From Botryllus schlosseri (Eukaryota): 64,000 nt of DNA. The stretch is taken from assembly GCA_051294905.1 (NCBI GenBank), contig CM119371.1, positions 9,984,001-10,048,000 of the forward strand, given 5' to 3'. Both the position numbers and the translations under genes were made by a program. Each line of letters starts with the position of its first letter. Within the stretch, counting starts at the first letter, position 1. Positions 13,001-25,000 of the stretch are shown piece by piece. The notes under the pieces were generated by a model that made no database searches, was not told where the DNA came from, and saw only the letters and a list, made by a program, of their open reading frames with translations.

Positions 13001-16000
13001 GCCACGATGCACCAAGACATGTTTAATTTTAGGCCATGTAACATGCGACTCCGAGGAGTGTGCCAGAACGATCGGCAGCGGGACAACCTTGACCGAAAAA
13101 GACTGCCATTATGCTGACCGAAAACTTATATATATATACAATACATGTTTTATTCTCCATGGGCGCCTATATATATATATATTTAAGTATACATGTTTAA
13201 TTGGCCATAGGCGCCTAAAGAGCTTGCGCCGAATGTTCATGTCCTGGAACTCTAAAACCCACCTGCCATCTCGCCATCTCGCAGAAAAGAATTAGATGCC
13301 AGTGAAAAAAATATCAATTTGAAATCGTGTGCGTCATTTAGTTCAGTACGTTTGAACGATTTCAATATCTTTCGACATAGCAGACACGAGGTCACGAGAT
13401 AACATGATGTAAGGATGTCATTATACCCACGGTCCGTCCAAATATGTTTAATTAATATTTACGAGGCCTTACATTGTCCAAGACAACACCTCACTCAGCT
13501 TTCACCTTCACAACATATGTTCCAACGTCTGGTATTCAGACATGTTTTTGCCTTATGCGTCAATAATGTGCCACGTCGCCGTTATGAAAAATTGCTCAAG
13601 ATTAGGAGTTTGAAGGGGCACTGCACTCTAAAAATGATATGCTCTCAAATTGAAGGGCAAAACGAAATAAAAATTTTGGCCGCAGCCGTTTTCTTCAGAA
13701 CGCCACCGTAATGGAGCTGCAATTTATTGAAATTTCGATAGCAACTTCACGCTCCAGCAGTCACGCAGAGATCGAACTTTATATAGTTGTCAGCCGATGC
13801 TATGAAGGAAATATGTATAACACGCCTTGTGTCCTAGAGAAATAGAATACACTAGGCCCGACTTTGACATAAATCTCATGACTGAACATCTTCCGTTGAA
13901 CGCGGTATCTAAACCACCTAGGCGTGTACGACATATTTCCTTCCTAACATCGGCAGACAACGATATGAAGTTCGATCTCTGCGTGACTGCTGGCGCGTGA
14001 AGTTGCTATCGAAATTTCAATAAATTGCAGCTCCATTACGGTGGCGTTCTAAAGAAAACTGCTGCGGCCAAAATTTTTATTTCGTTTTGCCCTTCAATTT
14101 GAGAGCACATCATTTTTAGAGTGCAAGGCCCGTTTAAGAGCTGTCAACTGTTATGCATCATGCGATGGGTCCAGGTGTGATGTTCGTTATTATTGTCCAA
14201 TCACTTTCAAGAAAACGGTGGCGGCTAACTAGTTTCAGTTTTCCCGTTTTCTATTGATTGCTCATTAGTTATGTATCGGCTGGGGGCATTGTGACAAAAA
14301 TATGTATCATCGTGATCGATACCGACACTGAATGATAAAAACGAGCTTAGTATGCATATTGCACAATGACTAGAGTATGTTCAAGCAATGAACACGATTG
14401 ACACTTTCAAATTAGCTTAGAAATTGAAAGAAGATACCAGCAGCAGTAATATGGTGACGCCGACATACAGCCTACCGTTTATCGCAATTCAATCGGTACT
14501 ACCGATTCATATAGTATTCGAATGCATGAAATCGATGGTCGGCACCAAATCTATATGGACAGTGTACCCTATTCGTGAACTAGTTTGTAGATGTGATGAA
14601 TGTGTGTATTATATATATTAGCCATATACCAGTTACAATTAAACCAGGGGTCACCAACAGGCGGCCCGCGATGTGGTATTTTGCGGTCCGCGACCTGATC
14701 TGAGATTTCAGAAGAACGCTAAATACATTATTTTAAAAGGCTTGATTCTCAGTTATAAAATGTTACTGTTGTTGTTCAAAATAAGCCATTCTCTCGCGCC
14801 CAACATTACTATTTATCACTTGCTGATACGGCTTCGGCGTTGGTTATAGCATTTCGTGGAGGAAGAATTAGGTGAAATAGGTATATTGAGCCAATGCCGA
14901 GATGCTAAAAAAAACACCTCGGTCTTTGCCATAAGATCAAGCTTTACAAAAATATAGTTTGCTAGCAAGAAGCAACTACCGTGTCTAGCTAACCCTAATA
15001 TCGATTCCTTCGTCGCTGAAAGTGTAGGTAAGTATCGTGCGTAGCTCATAGTTCAAAATAGAATGAATGTGATGATCATGATATTTCTCTTTCCATTTGT
15101 ACTTCGTTATTTAAATATGTTCGCGGGCAAAAGCATTGTACTGACCTAAATATTAAAAAATGCGGTTGTTGTTTAACTGTGTGACCTATTTCATCTCGAT
15201 GTTGAATTTATGCGGTCCGCGGCCTCCATGAAACTTGAAAAGTGGCCCGCGAACAGTTTTGAGCTGGTGACCCCTGAATTAAAAAACTGGATTATATAAT
15301 TTTGATTCTCGCGTGTTTGATGATTCACAGGCATCCAATGTCATGATCTGGCATGTTCCATTCGGACTTTCCATATCTCAGGCAAGAAACGAGACTACAC
15401 TACGATACAGGACGACCAATAACTTTTTGCGGAGCTACGGAGGGAATATGAGAAATCTATTCAATGATTTGAAAATACTCAACCTAGTTAAACGTAGGTC
15501 TAACGTATGTAGTAAGATATGAGAAGAAAATGGATGCTCGATTTGCTCTGATAAGGCAGTTTCTCAGCACATAGTATGCATAATGTAAATACCATGTCGA
15601 GAATAAGGATATATTGGACATTTATTGATTTGATTTCTCGTTACGACATCCTATCAAATTTCTATAACGCTTAAAAACCCACTAAGTTATAAGTTTGACC
15701 CGAAATAATAGTTTCGCTCCACGTCGATTGACTTTATAAATAATAGTAGGGTTACCATATTTTGGAATCGGGAAAGGATGACACTTTTTCTAAATTTTCA
15801 AACTCAGAATTCTGGAGAAAAATCTTCTTCCACTTCGTGGCCGGTTGACTAAATAAAGGTCAACTTTCTCCCTCAGTGCCCAAAATACAGTTTTTTCCTT
15901 CACGCTTACAGGTGGTTGACAAGAAATAGGTCTTCTTCCCGGCTCAGCTCCCGAAAGACCCGCCGGAGCTTTACTTCGGTGCTGATTTACGGTATCTCAG

Positions 16001-19000
16001 TCCAACTTGACAGTAAATTTGACCAAAATTCTCAGAAACGAGGACGAAATTTCGAAAAGGAGGACATTTAGGCGCTCTCGGAGGACATTTTGAAAAACCT
16101 GAAAAAGGAGGACAAATCCTCCTAAAGGAGGACAAATGGTAACCCTACATAAGAGGGCTCTTTAAAAACGTTTTGCTGTTGGATAAACTCTAAGAATTGC
16201 TGGAAAATAATTTGATTAAATCAAGAATGGACGAGGAACCCTAGCTTTGAACGGATTAATCCCTGAACAATATATACACAAAAGTCCTTCAGAGTTCAGA
16301 CCCAATCGGCTATTGTTTGAAATTCAAACTTGAAATAAGCTAGTCTCACATGCCTCGGACGGCATGGTTATATATTTTTCAATTTACCAGCAACAGAAAA
16401 GACTATTCCGCACTTAAGGAGCATAACCGCCTCTCTAATGCGAATAAAACAGGACATCAAAGGGTGGTATGCATACAAGATCGATGCTGGAGATTATACC
16501 ATAAGTGACAGAAAATTTGTCCATGATGATGATAGCAATCGAGTGAGTTTCTTTAAATTCATGATGAACACAACACTGTGGAGCTTATCGCCTTTTTAGG
16601 CCTTGTGCTCCACGACACGAATTTCATAATGTTCAAAGGCCTTTGCTTTTGTATTCTTGGGAACGTCTTTCAATCTCTCTCGCAGTCATTCCTCATTCTC
16701 TCTCGCTCCCATACGTCCCCATCGTAGTCTCTGCGGCCGACTTGCAGCACGGCTCACTTTCAGTCTGGGCTTTCCAATGCACTACCGTAGCAGTGAGGTC
16801 GGCGATGAGGAGCCCAGAGACACCTCCGACTCATAGACATTGGTCAGAACCGGGATTCGAACCCACGTCCATTGGTGTCGCTTCCCAATTTTTTTTATCT
16901 ATAATGCGATATATAATACGCTGAAATCGTGGAATACCAACATGTTGCTTCGCACGGACGTCATATACGATCCTTGTAAGATGTGCTTACGGCTAAAGCG
17001 CTAACACTGGAAAATATCTTCCAAAATCATTGCGTGTATGTCAAATTCGGTGTTACCAAGTAACAGGTACTTCAATTCCCTGCGATGTCCAATCCCGACA
17101 GTCATTCCATTGATGGATCGTTCAACAGAGGAAAATTGCTTATTCAGGTTTTATGCAGATCGATAACAAGAAAAAGTGAAATTCTAAAAAAAAATCCTTT
17201 ACCGACTTTGTGGAGAAGGGTTGTTCAGAAAAAACTGTTTTTTTTCTAATTTAATCGGCTTAGTTGTGAAATCGTCAGGTTACTTAAAAAACGTTGCACA
17301 CCAAGTTTGACTCAATTCCAACCAGTAGAGGCCGAGGTTAGTCAAATTGAAATTTCGGTCATTTTTGAAATAATAGTATTTACGGTGACCAATTTCGTCA
17401 CACGGTCACGATCAAAAATCGTGTTCCTGGTATGCCTGAAGAGGCAGGGATGTCCTTTCTATTTGTTTTTACCTTGACAAGGGCCCATGGTGGAGGTTGG
17501 ATCAAGACATCGCCAATAAACGAGAAAAAGATATAACACGGATTAGCTGGAAATCATTCATTGAAATAGCCACGTTAAAAGGATGGTGACATAATTTTTA
17601 AATAGAGTATTTTGCACACTGAAATTAACGACCACGAAAAGGAAATAGACGGACAAGCTGGTAAAATACGGGTATATATATTTCTCAAGTGATAGTCATA
17701 TCTAGAAGTATTTTTCGTCGGACCAATTTAGATTTCACGAAACCTATCCCAGTTTTGCAGGCATACCGATGTCTCTTTGCCTTAATCCGAAGTTTTTACT
17801 GGTTGCAAAGTCGCCATTCCCAAAATCTCATCCACAGAGACATCAGTTGCATTCCTCAGCAGCTCAGTGTTCGAATATTTCTCTGCTACTTGACATTGAC
17901 TGATCCAGGACGTTAAAAATGATGCCCATTGCAATTGAGAATGGGCTATGCCAATGAATAGTATTTATGAGTTAAAAAGCATTTCTGGTACTTCACATAA
18001 GCATTGATACTAGAGATTTTATGTGCTCGAAACTTTACGACCTTCAAGGAAACTAAATGGTAACCCACTGAGCTTATAAAGCATATTTGTCTTTTTGTGG
18101 TCTTTTAATATTACCCGAACCCCTTTCTTTTCATAGAGTAAGAAAAAGCATTTTTACCACAATATATAAATACAATTAGATGGTATTCACCAAATGTGGA
18201 GGATGAAATGAAGAGAGGACGATGAATTTTGATAGGATTAAGATTTGTCACGATGCCCATTAGCCTTCTAATCCGCCTGTGAGAGTATTATAGCAGTGCC
18301 GCAGAGCAAATGATAGAATATCATATAATATCAAATTGTATCGTGAAGAATTATACATTGGACCGACAAAGAATATAGATATTGACTATCACTTGAGAAA
18401 TATATTTATCCGTATTTTATACGTGCTTATTATTTGTTCATTTTCTTTTCGTAATTTTTAATTTCAGTGTGTAAAGTACTCTATTTGAAAATTATCTAAC
18501 CGTCGTTTATACGTGTCTATATCAATGAAGTTGACTAATTTTCAGCTAATCCATGTCATATCTTTCTTTCGTTTACTGGCAATGTTTCCATCTAAACTCC
18601 ACCATAGGCCCTTGTCAAGATCAGAACAAGTGGAAACACTTCCCTGCCTCTTCGGGAATACCTGGAACACGATTTTGGGTCATCTCGGTGTGACGAAAGT
18701 GGTCACGGTAAATGCTATTATATCAAAAATGACCGAAATTTTAATTTGACTGAGCTCGGCTCCTACTGGTTGCAATCGAGTCAAATTTGGTATGCAAAGG
18801 TTTTTAGGTAACCTGATGATTTGACAATCAAGCCGATGAAATTTGAAAATACAAGTTTTTTTTGAACACCTCTAATGTGGAACCTAGCTTCATGAAAATT
18901 GATTTGTAATATTCCATAGGATGGTAGAATGATAGAAAATGATGATGATAGTTCATACCTGATTTATGGTGGATTTTCACGACCATTGCAAAATTACTAG

Positions 19001-22000
19001 TTGTGTCATCAAACCCCGAATTTCCGAATTTACAATCTGTTGACCGTGAAACAGTAGGGTTACCATATTTTGGAAATCTGAAAAGAAGACACTTTTTCAA
19101 AATATTCAGACTTACAATACCGGAGTGAAATCCGGAAAAATTGTTAATTTACTCCGAGTTTGTAGTTGGTAGTTGGTGGTCTTTCTGGCTCATATCCCGA
19201 AAGAGGCGCCAGACCGTTTCTTGAGTGATGATTTCCTATCTCAGTCCAATTTTACATATATTAAACCAACACTTTCAAAATAGTCAAAAACAAGGACAAA
19301 TCCTCCTGAAAGAGGACGTATGGTAACCCAATGTAACAGAGGCTTTAATTTCAACTTCACATTATCATACAATGATATAATCCATCCAAACACCACGTTC
19401 TACTTGTCAGAATATAACAAAAATGTGGAAAGAAAGTAGTTTGGTTTCAAAAACTCTTAGTAGAAGTGTTCAAAGAAAACATAATCGCGTGAGTAAATGA
19501 TGCATGTAGATAACCCGTGCTTCAGTACTTTCAACCATTAGGTCCGTATACATCGTTACGTAACCTCTTAGCGCATATGTAACGCTGTCGAGGATGGCCT
19601 CATGCTTTAGCGCAGGCACCAATATCAATATTGTAGGCCGTCTCATTTTCTCGACGTTTTTCGTGCCGATTCCTCTCTACGGACTACCTCGGATAAATTG
19701 CACGAAATTGAAGACTTCGTCCAGCAACAATTGAATCCCACTCGGTGAAATTTCATTAATATTCATACTTTGTTGCGCCGATAGCAGACGATATATATAA
19801 ACTAAGATCTTGGTATCTTTCACACTCTATTTAACGTCCACCTGCGAATGAATATAACTAATAAAGTTAGATTCATTCGCAGGTGGACGTTAAATAGAGT
19901 GTGAAAGCTACCAAGATCTTACGTTTATTTATATTCCTGTTATTCATAATTTCTGAATGCATTTAATCAAGTACAATTATCTGTACTGTCCTAAATTTTA
20001 CTCCACGCGATAGTATGACAATGCCGTACGATTCGATTAGCGAATTCCAACGTTGATTTGGAGTCTGAAAATCGCTGTCAAATTTTCAATTTGATGGGAT
20101 TTAATTGATGTAAGATATCATGAACATTTTCCGTAGTTGCCGCATCGAAAGGTTTGCAGGGATGCCGCTATTTGCGAAGGTGAAGCTCAAAATATAAATA
20201 TAAACAAAAAATATTTATAATAGGTCTCATTCATCAGCAGCCCGTATGGATACGTGCGTTACGGCAAGGTCCACAGGTAATGATTATCATTTTCGATATC
20301 ATAAAGCAGACCAATTTATCGCGAGAGCAACAATAGCAGGTGGTAGACCGTATTATTAGACATAATATTATGAATAAAACCATTTTATCGGCCCTTCTCG
20401 CAAATCAAGTTTTTTACTCAACGCAGGTAATCAAATAAAGAGAGGTCAAATATGAAACACGTTCCTAACAATGGAAATGGGAATACGTAATTAAATATAT
20501 GAATCAGGTATGAGTCCGAACATGTTTGCGGCAATGTTGAAAAGTTGAATAGCCAGTACTCTGGGCCACATGAACAAGTTTTCTTCCACTCTCTATCACT
20601 TTGGAACAAGCCAATATCTAGTGATCGTTTCAATTTCCTGCACTGCTACCAGAGTTGTAAACAGGTAACGGGTTCCCGAATCACAAATCAATTATACTTG
20701 TATATTTTGAATTGGAGTCAAGGAGAGTCATTGTCTAGTCACCAGCGAGTCAAGTCCGAGTCCAAGCCATTGTATCCACGGTTCATTTCCTAATTCTATC
20801 CTGTTTAACTCACATTTGTGCAACTCTGTTCGGGAGATATTGAATGCCTCCCATTAATTGACCACACTTAACACGGTTTCGTGCCCTATTTCACAAACAC
20901 CAGTCATGATAGACGAAATACCAACAATGTGATAGCTGACATTATTATTCGAATGAAAACGAAACGCCTGTATTGGCCGTGCGGGTTTCGAGTCATATGA
21001 CGTGTTCGAGTCATGCGCAATGACTCAAGTACAAGTTGAGTCAATACACAAATCGCCTCAAGTCAAGTCGAGTCATTTCCCATTATTTTGAAAAAGTCAA
21101 GTCACCAAAATATCACGACTCGAGTCGAGTCATGACTCAAGACATTACAGCCTTGGTGCTGACACAGTGGTAACTGTAAGTTGGTAATTAATTTCAAAGA
21201 GCGCCGGGCTCAAAGTGATGGCATATAATCGTATGGAGACGGAATGCATTTTGTGGATTTCCTCAGCGTCGTCAAGAGCAATAAGTAAAGAATTTCCGAC
21301 CTAAAAAATCTAACCACACTGATCAAATCGATTTCCACGCTAGGGGACCAAATTTCCAAAGTTTGGACATCGTTTACTTGAAGATAAAATCGACTATTAC
21401 CGGCTCAGACAGGTTGCAAAATGTGGATTTTATTTGGAATTGTGATAATAATATTCGATGGGGAAGATGTTAAGGATGGATAACTATCGGTGTTTAGTAA
21501 CGTCGTAGTTTTTTTTCATTAACCGAGGAGCCGTGATATTGTGGTCAGCTATTGTCATACCACCGTGTCCACGTCCCAATTTGTCGTCAATCAGATTTTT
21601 ACTTTTTTTAGTTGCTTTGGTCAGCCGGGTAATCGGATTAAATTAATCTGCTCAATCTCCAGTGATTTTGCATTTACCAGTAGACACGGTACGAACAAAA
21701 TTGCTTCGTTGCCCACTGACACTGATTAGATTTGACATCTGACTGTTGATTACAACGAGCATAATACTCATGAATGTTTCGAAGTTCCAATTTAGTTGTT
21801 GTCGTTGTTGTTGTTGTTGTTGTTGTTTGTGGCATTCATGATGTTTATCGAATGTAATTGTCATTTACACCAGGGCGATATTATTTACTATGGACTCCGT
21901 AGCTGCCGACTTGAAGCACGACTCTCTTCTATTTTTATAAGTGACCGCTTACGCGGGTCAGATGACAAGAAGGAGCCAAGATAAACTTACCACAATTAGA

Positions 22001-25000
22001 AAGAGATTTAGGAATCGACATCGGCCGGACTCGAACCCGCAACCTATTGGAGGTGCAACTGTGCAGCATATTATCTACGCGTAACTATTGGTCTGTATAC
22101 GGGAAGATAGCGCAGTGCGGGGGTGGCCAACCTTCGGCCGTAGAAGGAGATCTTGAAATTTTCTTCGTGCATCGCAATTTTAAGATAGTAGCGACCTTTG
22201 TATTCTAAGCTCCACAGTAAAGATGCGGACAGCAGAGGAAAATGATGCGCCCCATATAGAAATACCAAATTGGAATCGTGTGCTTCTCACAAAATAAATG
22301 AGTTTATGGTACGTTTGGGCGATTGCAATATATTTCCACAATACCGACAACTCTGGTAGGAGGTCAAGAAATAAAAGCATGCAACATATTGACTAATAGC
22401 AACCTGCCCATCCGAAGATGCATCATCACCATTTTTAACTTGTCCTAAATCTTCAAAAACGCTGCCTCCATCCACTCTACTGGTGAGTCCGATCACACGG
22501 GCTGAGAAACGATAAATATAATACGAACTTCATGAGTGAAATATATTAAATTTTCGCGCTTCGCACGACCATAGCGAATCCCAGTAATTGCTCAGAATAT
22601 GACCACTCGCGATTTCGGTGCGTCTACTAAAGCGATATGAAAGAGTAGATTAGTCCGCAGTTCACCTGAAATGGACATGGACAATTGAACAGTTTAACAT
22701 CGGTATTTGGCGTCCAGTTAGTTCATCACGCCTATGCCCTGGAATGCGGCTGTAGGCTACATAAGTGATCGAAATGCCACCGTGAATAGCAGAAAGGTTG
22801 ACCACCCGTGGCGTAATGATATGATCCCTCTACACTATCTTGTGACTAAAGACCAATAGTTCTGCGTAGATAAGATGCTCAGACTGTTGAAAGAAAGACA
22901 ATTTGAAAACTTTAATAGGTAACTGACCAACCCTTGGAGATACACTACCCGCTGTGCTATACTCGAATTCAAATGTAATAGAAGCTATTGTACAGTTCTT
23001 CTTGAAATCGGCCATTTACAGACATGTAGCCTATCTGTATTCGCGATAATATCAGCTCTATATTTATTCCCATTATAAGATATGGACAAGTCCTCGCAGT
23101 CACCGAAGCTAATACGCCATTCACCGCTCTTGCGATTATTCGAAATGATAATCGTCACTCTCCTGACTATGGGATTCGAGTAAGGTATAGTGGATTCTAC
23201 TAAAGAAAAAAAACGAATGTTAGTATAATCTTCAGGTGCGATCATACACACGACGTGAAAATATTTTGGTCGGTGAACTGGAAAATACGGTGTCAACTGG
23301 AAACTTCCATTTGCAATATCACGCGAAACAGTTTTCACATCCGTCAGCGATAACAGAATGTCAACTTTACTTTTATATCTCAAACGGAAAGGTATATGAA
23401 GTTCAGAGAGTTCTTGAATCTTCTTGGCAAATGTTTAGAGGATAAATAATAAAAGTAATATATTGGTATTGTAATATTTTTGGCTAAAATGATTTGGATT
23501 TCTTTGATGTAGTTAATGCATCCAACATTTCATGTTCATTTCCGAAGTTTCAGTTTAATAACGGCTTTCGTTCTGATGACAAAGATTGAGGTGGAACTCA
23601 ACAGCAATGTGCGCAATTGCGCTGTGCTGACACGGTCTCTGCTCACATAAAATCTAAGCTGCGCACAAAATATCCGAAGTTATGTTTTTTTTTTTAGTAA
23701 TTGCGCACTGTTCTCCAATGGACTGCGCAGTGACTCAGTGCGTGCACGCAGACTCGTCAAAATTAGACGAAACATTGTCCAACGGTATCCCGTATTTAAT
23801 TTATTTATACCGAGCATTGAGGTTATCTATATGAGAGGCTACTTATATTTTACTGACAACAACGTCGTTGGGTACTAATCTGGCATCTAGGAGTCAGACG
23901 TATATGCTTCGTTGTGGTAAGATATGAAAACGCAACCGCAGAAAACATGCGTTACATAGAGGACAATCAAATTATATATCCGAAACATAATAGCCAATCG
24001 AGACCAAATTCAACCAGTAGGCCATGTGATCGCGTCTAGCTGAACCGCGACTAATTTTCTGAAAAACTTGATCGCCGACACAGGTTTACATATCAAAAAG
24101 GTGCAGTATAGGAGAATCACGCCGTTTCAAATAAACCGTGCCTTGTCTACGGACGAACTTCATAAGAGAATTATCGCGACAGCGTTAAACGGTCGTGTAC
24201 AATTATGCATCTTATAGGATTGGAGATCTCGTTTGCCAACATCGGTGACCATACGCTATGGGTACAATGAAGTAAGCTTCACGTTACATGGAGTACCACG
24301 ACGCGTCATGTTCGGTTACATGTTGCTATCAAGGTGATGAACAAGCTTCCCCATAACTAATCAATGTTGACAACCAAATTCTCTATACAATCAGAACTGC
24401 TGGACATAATTACACATTGACAGATTTAAATGGAATCGCATCATCTATAATTACAACTGTGTCGGATTATCCAAATTTGATGGATGGTGAGATATTGATT
24501 TTTTTTTCTTTCCAACTATGCCAGTGGCTCTCAACCGGGGGTTGATTTCAGGACTCGCATAAACAGATGGCCGTCTGAGATGAAATATTCTACTGTGCAA
24601 CCTCATTTTAATTGCCAAATTGCCAGTAACCTGCTGATACGAACATATTGTTGTTTAGAGATGTTTTTTTTTGGTGTTTTGAAAAAAAAAGTTGTTTGAA
24701 AATATTCATTTTACCCTGTAATATACCTACATGACCGCTATTACAGAATAACCTCAAGATGATCCTCTATAAATAATGATGACCAGTCGACTAGACAGGA
24801 CGTTATGTGTCTATTAAAAATCTGTTTTTCACTTATGGTACCATATATGTTGCAATCATACTCAAGGGTGTCGTCGGAAGCGTTACGCGTCATTATTACA
24901 TTCGCCAGCACTACCTATTTTTGCGGAAATGGATTTTCAGCACTGATTCATATCAAATCGACGGCGCGTATTTTCAATAAATTTTAAGAATTGCAGCTAC

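Noticed and set aside
20508..20663. Exon-like open stretch YESEHVCGN...CYQSCKQ ending at GTAACG
   Set aside because: It has a weak acceptor, and its phase 2 to 0 cannot be placed between exon 7 and exon 8 (which starts in phase 2) without breaking the frame. It could only replace exon 8, which it does not resemble.
16845..22050. tRNA genes at the B-box-like motifs near 16852 and 22030
   Set aside because: No complete cloverleaf is present; both motifs are heads of SINE copies.
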